This document shows positions 19,446 through 33,556 of a DNA stretch of 64,000 nt, piece after piece. A program made the position numbers and the translations under genes. Below the pieces are notes generated by a model that saw nothing but the letters and a program-made list of their open reading frames with translations, did not search any database and was not told where the DNA came from. The stretch lies in the NCBI RefSeq assembly GCF_009914755.1, contig NC_060939.1; one strand, 5' to 3'. This stretch comes from the human T2T-CHM13v2.0 reference genome, Homo sapiens. How positions within the stretch are numbered: position 1 is the stretch's first letter; the number at the start of each line of letters is the position of its first letter.

Positions 19446-22310
19446 TCAACTTACTTACTTGGCCTGTGCTGGAAACATGTATCTTTGAGAATAACAGTGG
19501 GTTATCTTAACATTAACAAGCTGGTAACTCCGCTTGCAGCTGCTATACCGGTTGTGGTTTCATTGTTTGAATAGATTAAAATATACCCTGGTTTATGACA
19601 TGCAGCCATTTGTCTGGAAAATGCCTTTTTCTCCTTCATATCTAAGATTAAAGACTACCAGAAAATGTTTGCAATACACTTTCTCTGTCCTACCTCAAGG
19701 TACAACAACTCTCCAGCTTTATGTCATAAATAATTTATAGGGACCTTGATGTTCTACAAGATTTTATGTTGGTCTGTTAATCATTGATAACATTATGCTG
19801 ATTGGTCCTAGTTCGCAAAAAGTAGCAACTAATCTATACTTATTGGTAACACATTTGTGTGCCAAACGGTTGGAAACAAATTAAAAAAAAAACTCAGGGG
19901 CTTTTGGCCTCAGTAAACTTGGGTTCCAGTTGTATTGGGGGCATGTCAAGATAATTCTTCTAAGATGAATAATAACTTATTGCATCTGGCCCCTCCTACA
20001 ATCAAAGGGAAAGGCACAATGTCTAATTGGCCTCTTTGTAATTTGGAAGCAACGTATTCTTCATTTGATTGTGCCACTCTGGCACATTTAATGAGGTGAA
20101 CTTAAAAGCTGCTAGTTTTGAGTGGGGCCCAGAAGAAGAAAAGGTTCAGCAACAGTTCCAGGCTGCTGTGCAAGCTGCTCTGCTACTCGAGCCAGGTGAT
20201 CCAACCGAGTCAGTGGTATTGAAGTGGCTGTGGCAGATAAGGATGCTTTTTCAGCCTTTGGCAGGCTACTGAAAGTAAATTATAACACAGACCCGTAGGA
20301 TTCTGGAGTCAAGTCCTACCATCCTCTGTGGATAATTACTGTCCTTAAAGAAGCAGCTTTTGGCTTGCTACTGGGTCTTAGTAGAGACTAAACATTTAAC
20401 CATGGGGTATCAACTTACCGTGCAATCTAAGGTGTCCATTATAAACTCAGTGTTGTCTGACCCACCAGGCCACAGAGTTGGGTGTGCACAGCAGAACTCC
20501 GTCATCAAATGGAAATGTTTTGTACAAAACTGGGTCTGAGCAGACTCTGAAAATGCAAGTAATTTATATGAGTAAGTGGCCCAAATGCCCATGGGCTCCA
20601 TTTTGGCTATATTATCTTCTCTCTCTCGTCCTGCCTCTACAGCCTCATGGAGACTTGTCTGTGATTGGTTGGCAGAGAAGGAGAAAACATCTACCTGGCC
20701 CTAGGGGGTTCTTTGTAATAGGCAGTCATAGCACTACAGTCCCATTCTGGAACATTCCTAAAGGACAGTGGTGAACACAAATCCTCCCAGTAGCCATGGT
20801 CAAGAAGTAAACCTGGCTATTCATTGTACTTGGAAGGAGAAATGGCCAGACTGAGTCACAGGCTATGGCAAGTGGTTTGGCTGGTTGGTCAGGTACTTTG
20901 AAAGAAATACAATTTGAAAACTGGTTACAAGGTCTGTGGAAGAGATATGTGGATAGACATTTCTGAGTGGGTAAAGAGCACGAATATATTTGTGTCTCAT
21001 GTGAATGCTCATCAAACAGTGACCTTAGAAGAGGAGAATTACAACAATTAAGTGGACAGTGTGATCTGTTCTATGATTCTAGCTGGCCCCTTTCCCCAGC
21101 CATTCCTGTCATTGCCCACTGGTCTCATGAACCAAATAACCACAGTGGCAGGAATGAAGACTATGCATGGGCTCAGAAACATGGACTTTCACTCACCAAG
21201 GCCAGCATGACTGCAGCAACAACTAACTGCCAAATCGGCCAGCAGTAGGAACCAACACTGAGTCCCTGATATGGCACCATATCTTGGTTAAACATCTAGC
21301 TTCCTAGAGGAAGTTTGATTACATGGCCCCACTCCCATCATGGCAGCGTCAGTTTTTTGTTCTAACTGGAACACACACTTACTGTGGATGTGGATTTACA
21401 TTCCCTTTACGCAGTGTTTCTGCCGGGAAACACAACAATGACTCTATTAGTGTGAACATTTAGACTGCCACCCAGATAGTTTGAGATCCTCATGTTTCAG
21501 AATCAATGGGTAAGGAAGGCAATTAACATACTGACTGTGATGATTGACACTAATTACCAAGGGGAAATTAGACTGTTACTCCACAAATGAGGTAAGAAAG
21601 AGTATTCTGCAAAACAGGAGATCCCTTTGGGTGACTTCTACTACTAACACGCACTGTGATAAATTCAATGGATAACTATGACAACCTAATTCAGACAGGA
21701 CTAGGCCCACTACCTTCTGGAATAAATGTCTGGGTTATTCCACTAGGCAAAGAACTCTAATCAACCAATGGTCTGGCTGAGGGCACCAGAAATAAAGATT
21801 GAGTAGTGGAAGAAGGTGGCTATAAATACCAGGTATAATCATATGACCACTTACAGAAATGTGAATAATGACTGAGTATTTTTTATTGTATTATATATGT
21901 TTGTGATATATATTATGTGTATTGTATATAGTAATGTTATATATATGTTTGTGATATATATCACATATATCTATATGTCTCCCTCCCTCTCTTCTCTCTC
22001 TCTCTCCATATATATATCTTTCTTTCTTCCCTCTTTTATCATCTTATCATCTAACATAATATGTATCCATTTCACATCACAGTATTTAATATTGTTAACT
22101 TTACATCATAGCATTTAATTTATAGGATATCAAGAAGAGTGAATGTCATTAAGCACCTATCATCCTCTTCTGGGGAAAGGGTTAGTTTTTGTTTACACAC
22201 AGCATAGTTGTGTCATGTTAGGCAGAACTATGACCTTGTTATTGTCTTTATTTGGAGATTAAGTATGGCTTAAGGAAATTTGTATGAATACATATTTGCA
22301 AGGGGTGAAT

Positions 22311-22935
22311 TGAAATGGTTAATTTTATGTGTCATTCTGGGTAAGCGATGATACCCAGTTTAGTCAGCCAGCAGTATTGATGTTGTGAAGGCACTGTTTA
22401 GCAATGATAAACATTGAAATCAGTAGGCTTTTAGTAAAGCCTATTACTCTCCATAATATGGGTGACATCATTTGTATATTTGTCCCCTCCAAATCTCATG
22501 CTGAAATTTGATGCCCAGTGTTGGAAGTAGGGCCTGGTGGGAGGTGTTTGAGTCATGGGGACAGATCCCTTGTGAATGGCTTGGTGCCCTCCCCATCAGT
22601 TACCATGAGATCTGAGTGTTAAAAAGAGCCCAGCACCTCCTCCTCTCCCTCTTGCTCCCTCTCTCACCATGACACACCTGCTCCCCCTTAGCTTTCCACC
22701 ACCATGAGTAAAAGTTTCCTAAGGCCTCACCAGAAGCAGATGCTGGCACCATGCTTCTTGTACGACCTGCAGAACCATGAGCCAAATAAACTTTCTTTCC
22801 TTATAAGTTGCCCAGCCTCAGGTATACCTTTATAGCAACACAAAACAGATTAATACAGTGGGTGAGCTTTATCCAATCAATTGAAGGCCTTAAGAGAAAA
22901 CATTGAGGTTCCCTGAGAATTAAGAAATTCTACCA
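22311..22935 (+). mobile_element. MLT2 LTR (3' LTR of the + strand ERVL), interrupted by MST
   Basis: TGAAATGGTTAATTTTATGTGTCA start; resumes at GTGGGTGAGCTTTATCCAATCAATTGAAGGCC. Confidence 0.8.
22463..22857 (+). mobile_element. MSTA/MSTB MaLR LTR
   Basis: TTTGTCCCCTCCAAATCTCATG…AACCATGAGCCAAATAAA…TAATACA; 5-bp TSD RTGGG. Confidence 0.88.
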
Positions 22936-23352
22936 GAAATTTATTATCTCACAATTCCGAAGGCTAGAGGGTGGAATTAAGGTGTTGGCAGAGACATGCT
23001 TCCTCTGAAACCTGAAGGATAACCTTTCCTTACCTCTCTATAGCTTGTGCTGGTAGGCTGGCCATTTTTTGGCATTCCTTTGCTTGCACAATGCCAACCT
23101 TTGCTTTTGTTGTACCTGGCATTCTCCCTGTGTCTCTCTGTTGTCCACCCTCTGTGCATGTCTTCACATGGCATCTTCCTTTCCTATTAGAACACCAGAA
23201 ACCCTGGAGTAGGACCCATCCTACCCCAGCATGTTCTCTTCTTAGCTACTTACATATACAATAATCCTGTAGGCAAATGAGGTCACATTTACAGATACCG
23301 GGGGTTAGGGCTCAAGCATATGTGTTTTGGGGGATGCAATTCAACCCATAAG
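22936..23352 (-). mobile_element. MLT1 (B/C-like) LTR
   Basis: GAAATTTATTATCTCACAATTCCGAAGGCTAGA…GGGGGATGCAATTCAACCCATAA. Confidence 0.75.
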
Positions 23353-23375
23353 TATGATTAAGAATACTGGGTTCA

Positions 23376-23705
<330 letters not shown>

Positions 23706-23735
23706 TCATATTTTCCCTTCCTAATCTTTTATTAG

Positions 23736-24030
<295 letters not shown>

Positions 24031-24224
24031 CTCCCCTTTCCAATCTTTAACGATATTCTTCCACAGTCTTTCACTTGTTTCTCACAACAGATTTGCTGCC
24101 ATCATTATTTTTGTTCCCTGTTTATAAAAATTTTTGTTCTCCATGTGTTTTCTTCTCTGACTTTTTTGAAGATATTTTATGTTCACTAGTTTGTAGAAAA
24201 TTGATTATGATGTTCCTGGTATAG

Positions 24225-24717
<493 letters not shown>

Positions 24718-25132
24718 AAGTTAACCCACATCTTAATCATGCGTTTAATTTAAAAAGTTTTTTCTTTGTGATTCATTTTGAACAGTCTGTATTCCTCTAT
24801 CTTGTGACTCACTAATCTTTACTTCTGCCATGTCCAATCTGCCATTAATGACACCCAGTGCAGTTTTCATCTCAGACATTTTTATTTTTATCTAGAAAAA
24901 AATCTAGGCCATTTTTATATGTCCTATGTCCTTACATGACTTCTTAAACATATGAACTATACTTATAGTAACTGTTTTATGCCCTTCTAATTTTAACATC
25001 TGTTTCAGTTATGGGTAACATTTGATTGGTTGACTCTTCCTCTTATTATGGGTTTCATTTGCCTGCTTCTTTGCACTCCTGGTAAACTTTTTTGGATACC
25101 AGATACTGTGATTTTAACCTTGTTTGGTGCTT

Positions 25133-25467
25133 GTCTTAGTTCATTCTGGCTGCTGTAACAAAATGCCAAAATTGAGTAGCTTGAAGAAGAGAAATTTAAT
25201 AGTTGTAGAGGCTGAGAGCTCCAAGATCAAGGGAAAAGCAGACTTCAAGTCTGGTGAGGGCCTGCTTCCTGATTCACAGATAGCCATTGCATTGTTGTTG
25301 TGCAGTGGTCTCTTTATCCCCTTATAAGAGCACTAATTCCATTCATGAGGGCTCCACCCTCCTGACCTAGTCACCTCCCAATGTCCATGCCTCCTAATTT
25401 TATCACATTGGAGATTAGGTATAGATGCATGAATTTGAGGGGAGATACAAACATTCAGACCATAGCA
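25133..25467 (-). mobile_element. MLT1A-type LTR
   Basis: TGTCTTAGT…ACATTCAGACCATAGCA termini. Confidence 0.85.
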
Positions 25468-25479
25468 TTGCTAGATATA

Positions 25480-26832
25480 TATTTTCAACTTTTATTACAG
25501 GTTTAGTGGGTACATGTAGAGGTTTATTACAGAGGTATATTGCATGATGCTGAGGTTGGAAATACGAATGAATCCATCTCCCTGGTAGTTCACAGAGTGC
25601 CCAATAGGTAGTTTTACAGCCCTTGCTCCCTCCTTTCTTTCCCCCACTTGTATTTCATAGTGTCTATTATTCTTATCTTTACGTCCATGGGTACTCAGTA
25701 TTTACCTCACACTTATAAGTAAGAACATGCAATATTAGGCTTCAAGTTTCTGAATTAGTTTAGGATAATGGCCTCCAGCTGCATCCATGTTGCTGCAGAT
25801 TTTATTCTTTTTATGGCTGTATAGTATTCCCTGGCATAGAGGTACCACATTTTCTTTATCCAATCCAGAGTTGATGTGCACCTGGGGTGATTCCATGTCT
25901 TTGCTATTGCAAATAGCACTGCGATGAACATACAGGTTCATGTGTCCTTTTAGTAGAATGACTTACTTTCCTTGGGGTATAAACCCATAATATAGTTGCT
26001 AGATCAAACAGTAGTTCCACTCTTAGTTCTCTGAGAAATCTCCAAACTGTTCTCCACAGTGGCTGGAGTAATTTACATTCCACCAGTGGTGAATAAGTAT
26101 TCCCCTTTCTAAACAGCCTTGTTAGCCACTGCTGTCTTTAAGCTTTCTAACAAAAGCCATTCTGACTTGGTGTGAGATGGTTTTGATTTGCATTTTTCTG
26201 GTGATTGGTGATGATGGGCATTTTTTCATGTTTCTTGGCCACTTGTATGTCTTCTTTTGAGAAGTGATTGTTCATATCCTTTGCCCACTTTTTAATGAGG
26301 TTGTTTTTTTGCTTGTTGATTTCAGTTCCTTATAGATTCTAGATATAAGGCCTTCGCCAAATGCACAGTTTATGAATATTTTCTCCCATTCTGTAAATTA
26401 TCTGTTTATACCCTTGATAGTTTCTCTTGCTGTGAAGAACTTATTTAGTGTAATTAGTTTCCATTTGTCAATTTTTGTTTTTGTTGCTATTGCTTTTTAG
26501 AACTTAGCCATAAATTGTTTGCCAAGGCCAATATTAAGAAAGGTATTTCCTAGATTTTCTTCTAATATTTGTATAGTTTGAGGTCTCACATTTACATCTT
26601 TAATCCATCTTGAGTTAACTTTTGTATATGGTGATAGGTAGGGGTCCAGTTTCATTCCTCTGCGTATGGCTAGTTAGTTGTCCTAGCATCATTTATTGAA
26701 TACAGAGTCCTTTTCCCATTGCTTATTTTTGCTGACTTTGTCAAAGATCAGTTGGTTGTAGGTGTGTAACTTTATTTCTGCGTTCTCTATTCTGTTCCAT
26801 TGGCCTATGTGTCTGTTTTTGTACCAGTACCA
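25480..26832 (-). mobile_element. L1PA13-L1PB-class 3' end
   Basis: L1 3'UTR and ORF2 C-terminal sequence (GTACATGTAGAGGTTTATTAC, AGATCAGTTGGTTGTAGGTGTG). Confidence 0.85.
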
Positions 26833-27121
26833 GAGTGCTGGATATTTTTATAATATTAAAATATTCCTGATGGTTGTTCTGGAATATAGTTAGGTTTCTT
26901 GAAACCAATTTGATTATTTTGGTTCTTGCTCTCAAAATCTGTCAGGGAAGACCAAAGCAATATTTGGTGTGAGGCTAATTAATACCCTAATCAATGCCCC
27001 AATGAATTATAACATTTACAAGTCTTATTTGTGGTACCAGTCTTTACTACCAGCCCTGTGTGTGTCCCAGGTGCTGTTTTTTCTAATCCTTTTGTATTGT
27101 TCTTTTACTAATGTTGAGTAC

Positions 27122-27708
27122 TATGCAATAAAGGATTAATTCAGCAGGGCTGGGCTGTACACACACTGCACATTCCAAAGAAAGAATTGTCCCTTGCCTG
27201 GCTCCTGGAAGGTAACCTCTAAATCCTTGAGATAGCTTCCTGTTGTATTTCTTTGCCTGGTACATGTTTATTACCTGAGGATATAGGACTGCACCAGAAA
27301 GTTTATGCTGATGATGTGACTTATGGTGGGGCATTGGGCCAACTGGTATCAGCTTGGCCTCTTGAGGAGCTGGAAACAAAGACCAGATAAGCTTATATGA
27401 CCAGCCTTGGATAAAAAAAAACAAGACATCAAGGCTCAGTGAGCTTCACTGTCTGGCAATACTTTATGTGTGTTGCACACACCGTTGGTGGTAAAATGAA
27501 GTGCTGTCCACATGACTCCAATGAGGGAAGACAAATGTGTACCCGGTTTCTTCTGGACGCTCTCCTAGGTGCTTTTTCCCATGGTTGATTTTACTCTATA
27601 TCCTTTCACTGTGACAAATTTTAACTATGAGCATAACAGCTTTTCTGAGTTCTGTGAGTTCTTGTAGCAATGATTAAACCTGAGGGTGGTCTTGGCAACC
27701 CTCGAATA
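27122..27708 (+). mobile_element. ERVL LTR (MER21/MER68/MER77 group)
   Basis: GATTAATTCAGCAGGGCTGGG…TGAGTTCTGTGAGTTCTTG…GTGGTCTTGG…ACA. Confidence 0.65.
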
Positions 27709-28004
27709 CAGGTAGTTTTCTTGTACATATATCCTCAGATGAATACTTGATGGGAACCCTCTGGAATCTCTGGCTTTATCTTTCTGTGCAGCTGTCTCCT
27801 TTCTGACACTCTCCCACATGAGTTATAGTCCCCTTAGTCTCCTGAGACTAAATTCCATATCCTCAAATCTGGTAGTCTGCCATCCTACACTTGGGTTCCC
27901 CTTGCCTGCACCGTAGCTTGGGAACTCAAGCAGTAAAAGAGGAAAATGATAGGGATTATTGCATTTGTTTCTTGTCTCTCAGGGAATCATAGTTATTCAG
28001 TGCC

Positions 28005-28406
28005 TGTTACAGGATAGATTTTGTCTGCTCAAAAAAGTTTGTTGTTCTAACTCCCAGTACCCCAGAATGTAATCTTATTTAGAGATCAATCTTTACAAAG
28101 TTAATCAAGATACAATGAGGGCAGGCTCTAATGCATTATGACTGATGTCCTTATAAAAAAGAAAAATTTGGATATACAGACACACATAGAAGAAAGGGTA
28201 TTTGAATAGACATAGGAGAAGAAGACAACCATCTAAAAGCCAAGGAGAGAGATTTAGAACAAATACTTCCCTCACATGTGACATCAACACTGCCAAGATC
28301 TAGATTTCAGACTTCTAATATCTGCACCTGTGAGATAATATATTTATGATGTTTAAGGCACCCAGTTTGTGTTACCTTGTTATGGCAGCCCCAGCAAACT
28401 AATACA
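28005..28406 (+). mobile_element. MLT1B-like LTR
   Basis: TG…CCCAGTTTGTGTTACCTTGTTATGGCAGCCCCAGCAAACTAATACA. Confidence 0.8.
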
Positions 28407-28482
28407 GTGCCTGAGATCCAGTGTCTGAAACCATTATTTTATATTTTTGTCTGCTTATTTTCTTGTTTAAGGTGAGAGGGTC

Positions 28483-28720
28483 CTATTGTCCGAACGTTTG
28501 TGTCTCCCAAAATTTATACGTTGAAACATAATTAACATATGAATGTGATGGCATTGGGAGGTGGGGCCTTTGAGAGGTGATTAGGTTATGAGAAAAGAGC
28601 CCTCAGGACTAATGCTTTTTAAAAAGAGGCCCCAGAGAGCTGCCTTGCCCCTTCCACCATGTGTGGACACAGCTAGATGGCACCTGTGGACCAGAAAGCT
28701 GGCCCTCATCACTCACCCAG
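28483..28720 (+). mobile_element. MLT1A0-like LTR fragment
   Basis: GAACGTTTGTGTCTCCCAAAATTTATACGTTGAAA…GGAGGTGGGGCCTTTGAGAGGTGATTAGG. Confidence 0.75.
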
Positions 28721-29335
28721 ATTAAACTGGTAAGAAACATGATGGTATCAATAAGAGTTTATCAGAAAATAATATGTCATTCTAGAGGAATATACCAACA
28801 TTTTAGACTTAAAGTTATTAATAAAAATAATTTGCCAGTTACAATTAATAGCACATAATGATAGCTAGTCAGAAAAGAAAATACAATATCAGGAATAGAA
28901 TACAAGTAGTTGCGGAAGCCTAAAGTGATTTTTACTAATCCTCTTTTCTATAAACATCTTAAAAACTAGATAGAAATTTACAAAGCATCAATTTAAAGAA
29001 ACTGAGGATGCCTGCTTCTGGCCAAGGTGGAATAATGCGGGCAGAATTTACCCCTTGTTTTATTACATTCTGACTGTTATAACAAAACATCATAAACCAG
29101 AAAACTTATAAACAGCAGAAATTTATTTCTCACAGTTATGAAGGCTGGGAAGTCCAAGATCAAGGTGCTAGAAGATTGAGTGTCTGATAAAAGTTTGTAG
29201 AGAGGCATGTTTAAAACACTTCTGGTTTGTCTGTTCAGTGAAGTATATGCATTGATGGCTCCAGTTCAGCTCTGTGTACCATTTCAACATTTTCCATATT
29301 TACCAGTCCCTGGGATTTGATATTTGTCCATCTGT

Positions 29336-29505
29336 AGTGGTGCTATTCAATAAGATAGCAAGTAGCTACATATGACTATGTAACATTAAAATAAAATTAT
29401 TTAAACTTAAATACAATAACATTTTGTTCCTCAGTCACACTTTCCACATTTCAAACTGTCACAGTGTACATCAGCACAGAAAGTTTGGTTGGACTGTACT
29501 GCTCT
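29336..29505. mobile_element. hAT-Charlie MITE fragment (MER3/MER33-like)
   Basis: GTTCCTCAGTCACAC…CACAGAAAGTTTGGTTGGACTGTACTGCTCTAGA. Confidence 0.6.
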
Positions 29506-29539
29506 AGATTCTCAATAACGCTAAAGTAACTTGATATGA

Positions 29540-30000
29540 TTTACATTTTACAAGTATTACTCTGACTCTTCTGAGAGTGGCAAGGAACGGAGAAAGATAA
29601 TAAAAGACAAGAGACTATTGTGATGATCCAAATTGGAGATGATAATAATTTTGCATCTGAGTTGTGGCAATGAACATGATTTAAAAAAAAAAAGTCAGGT
29701 AAAGGATATATTTCTAATAAACAGCTAATGGACTTGCTGAGGCTTTGCATGAAAACTCATGAGGATTCCAAAGTTTTTGTTTGAGCAAATAAAACAATGA
29801 AGTTACCATTTAGTAAGATGGGAAAGAAGGTGGCAGGAATAAATTTGAGACAATGAAGCAGATTATGAGTTAAGTTTAAAATGAGATGACAGAAGGGCAA
29901 TTGGATACAACTATGAGATTCAGGGATAAGACTTCCTTGGAGATTAGAAGTTGAGAGTCATCAGTTTATGGATTGTATTTAAAACTGTTGACTTGAGAAA
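29540..30000. mobile_element. L2 fragment
   Basis: Degenerate L2 motifs (GATGGGAAAGA, GAGTCATCAG…GTATTTAAA). Confidence 0.6.
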
Positions 30001-30343
30001 AGTGACATCAGCAACATGGAAGACCAGGATGCTCCCAGTCCACACCACCCACAGATGTATTAAAAAAAAAAAAAAAAACTGAAACTGGCTAAAATAACTT
30101 GAAAGGAGTTCTGGAAAATAGACCAATGTCTTCAGTAACCAAGTAAAAGTAAATGACCAGTCTTCTACATTCTTTCTATTTGTTTTGTTACTCATTAGCC
30201 ATCCCTACATACCCTTCACCCTCTCACTACACTTGCCAGCCTCTGATAACCATCTTTCTGCTCTCTGTCTCTATTAGTTCACTGTTTTGATTTGTAGATC
30301 TTACAAATAAGTGAGAATGTGAAGTTTGTCTTACTGTGTCTGG

Positions 30344-30710
30344 GATATTAGTCCATTTTCACACTACTGTAAAGAACTACCTGAGACTGGGTAGTTTATA
30401 AAGAAAAGAGGTTTAATTGACTCACAGTTCCACATGGCTGGGCAGGTGACTGGAAACTTACAATCATGGTGGAAAATGAAGGGGAAGAAAGGAACGTCTT
30501 ACATGGCGGCAGGAGAGAAAGAGAATGAGGGGGAAAGTCCTACTCTTTTAAACTATCAAATTTCATGAGAACTCACTCACTATCACAAGAACAGCATGGA
30601 GGAAATCTGCTGCCATGATCCAGTCACCTCCCACCAGGTCCATCTCTCAACACATGAGGATTACAATTTGACATAAGATTTGGGTGGGGATACAGAGCCA
30701 AACCATATCA
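30344..30710 (-). mobile_element. THE1-type MaLR LTR
   Basis: Ends CAGAGCCAAACCATATCA; 5-bp TSD YCTGG. Confidence 0.9.
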
Positions 30711-31880
30711 CCTGGCTTATTTCATTTAACATAATGACCTCCAGTTCCATCCACGTTTTTGCAAATAACAGGATCTCATTCTTTTTTATGGCTGAATAGT
30801 ACTCCATTGTGATAAGTACCACATTTTCTTTATTCATTTTTCTATTGATGGACCCTTAGGTTGCTTCCAAATCTTAGCTATTATGAACAGTGCTGTAACA
30901 AACATGGGAGCAAATATATCTCTTAGATATACTGATTTCTTTTAGGTATATACCTAAAAGTAGAATTGCTGGATCATATGATAGCGCTATTGTTAATTTT
31001 TCTGAGGAACCTCCAAACTGTTCTCCATAGTGGTTGTATAATTTACATTCCCACCAATAGTGTATGGGGGTTCCTTTTTCTCCACATCCTCTCCAGCATT
31101 TGTTAATGCTTGTCTTTTGAGTAAAAGCCATTTTAACTGGGGTGAGATAATATCTCATTGTAGTTTTCATTTACATTTCTCTGATGATCAGTAATGTTGA
31201 GCACCTTTTCACATGCCTGTTGGTGATTTGTATGTCTTTTTTTGAAAAATGCTTATTCAAATAAAAATTTTGCCCATTTTTAATCAGTTTATTAGATTTT
31301 TTCCTATAGAGTTATTAGAGCTCGTTACATGTTCTGGTCATTAATCCCTTGTCATATATGTAGTTTGCAAATATTTTCTCCCATTCTATGTGTTGTCTCT
31401 TCACTTTGTCATTTGTTTCCTTTGTTGTACAGAAGCTTTTTAACTTGATGTGATCCCATTTTTTCCATTTTATTTTGGTTATCTGTACTTGTGGGGTATT
31501 ACTCAAGAAATATTTGCCCAGACCAATGTCCTGGATAGTTCCCCTAATGTTTTCTAGTAGGAGTTGCATAGTTTGATGTATTAAGGTCTTTAATTGATTT
31601 TAATTTGATTTTTATATATGGCAGGAGATAGGGGTCTAGTTTTATTCTTCTACATACAGATAGCCACTTTTCCTAGCACCATTTATTGAAGAAATTGTCT
31701 TTTCCCCAGTGTGTGATCTTGGCACTTTTGTCAAAAATGAGTTCACTGTAGGTGTTTACATTTGTTTCTGGGTTCTCTATTCTGTTCCATTGGTCTGTGT
31801 CTGTTCTTATGCCGGTACCGTGCTGTTTTGGTTACTGTAGCTCTTTGAAGTCAGGTAATGTGATTCCTCCACTGTTGTTC

Positions 31881-33304
31881 TTTTTTTTTTTTTTTTTCTC
31901 TCTTGTTTGGAGATTCAAAGAGTTTAATTTTTCCCTAGAGCAAGATCAACAATTTTCACTGGGATAAAAGAATAAAGAACAAACTCAATAGCACCAAATG
32001 GGGTTTTAACACAGAAAACAGGGCCACTCCTTTTAAATGCAAATTTTTACATTAAAATATGTTTATAAATCATAGTAGTTCTTTTTCCTCTTGATTCAAC
32101 ATTTCTTCCTCCCCTAACAGGAGCCCTAGAACCTGAAGAGCATGTACATTACTAACCAGATACACAATCCACCCACCCTGTCCAAACTGGAATCTGATTA
32201 CTAATGGACTTAGACTTGGGGCTGGCCCCAAGGGATGGGAAGCAGTAACTATGCTGTCAGGGAGAATGGGTACTGAGGAAGCCACCAGTCAAAAAGCCGA
32301 ACGCTGTGCACTGGGTCCAGCATGACTTGCACACCCTGTTCACTGCACAGTTTCTGACCACCATGAACAGGGGAATCTTGGAACACCAGTCTCACTCGAT
32401 GATGCCGCGTGTCCGTGCTCGCATTGACAGTAAACAGAGTAAATATCATTCCCATGACAATCGGAATAAAGATGAAATTGAGGGTGGTGACCTGCAGTAG
32501 GCAGCAGTCCTGGTCTCCATTGGTATGAACATCTTCGTACTGGATGGGAAGCTGCAATCCTCCTGTACACTTGCTCTTTAACCTAGCGGACTGTTTTTTG
32601 AACTTGAAGTTGAATTCCCGCATTGGTTCCTGTCTGTTCCCAATAATCTTTCTGCACCAGAAAAGTAAGCATTTGGAATTCTTTAATGTGCTGGGGGTGC
32701 TTTCTGGAATGGCTGGATTCTTGGAGATTCCAGCAGCAAATGGCTCATACATATGGTACAGAGATCAGACCACAATGTCCTCACAACGGATATAGGAGGT
32801 CAGCAATAGCCAAATATCCATGGGATACTCTTTTCCTCCAGCCCCGTCCAGTTCTTCTTTGTGCCTCTTGCTTTTCATTTTTCTGGAGACAGTTCTCTCA
32901 TGGATGCTTTCCTCCTGGGCATCAGTCTCATCACTGCTGTCGATGATGTCACAGGGCTCACGAGCCCCAGAATGAGCTTCCTCTGCAGGAACCTGAGAGG
33001 CTTCCAAGCTTCAAAGAGATTTTACTTCCTGCTGAACAGCATTGGCTGTGGCTTTCTTGACTCATCCAGACCTCACGACCGCCAGATCCGAGTTGGCGTA
33101 ATCCTCCACAGTCACTCGGCTGGAGCAGAGGAGCGACTTGAGTCGCTTTCCCCTCTTGGGCAGGGCAATCGTGTCTGGGCGAGGCCTGCCTAGTGGGCTG
33201 GGCCCCTGGGCCACGTCTGTGGCCTGGAGAGCGGGTCCCAGGAGCCGCAGGCCAGCTCCACCAGGCTCCGCGGGCATCCCGCACCGGAGGCCGCTAACTC
33301 TCGC
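31881..33304 (-). pseudogene. TMEM183A processed pseudogene (start ATG>GTG at 33212-33214, frameshifts, internal deletion)
   Basis: Peptides [29 protein letters not shown]…YPMDIWLLL and [18 protein letters not shown]…RLFDWW match TMEM183A; intronless, poly-A at 31881-31897, TSD CCACTGTTGTTCTTTT at 31869 and 33305. Confidence 0.95.
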
Positions 33305-33556
33305 CCACTGTTGTTCTTTTTGCTGAAATAACTGGCTGTTTTGAGTCTTTTGTGGTTCCATATAAATTTTAAGACTTTTTTCCCATTTATGTGAAGGATG
33401 TCATTGGTACTTTGATAGGAATTGCACTGAATTTCTAGATTGCTTTGGGTAGTACTGATATTTTAACAATATGGATTCTGCCAGTCTATTAACAAGGAAT
33501 ATATTTCCATTTTTTGTTGTCCTCTTCAATTTCTTTCATCAGTATTTTATAGTTTT

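Noticed and set aside
31881-33304. Functional TMEM183A/B gene
   Set aside because: Start codon lost, frameshifts, internal stop and deletion; poly-A and TSDs show it is a retrocopy.
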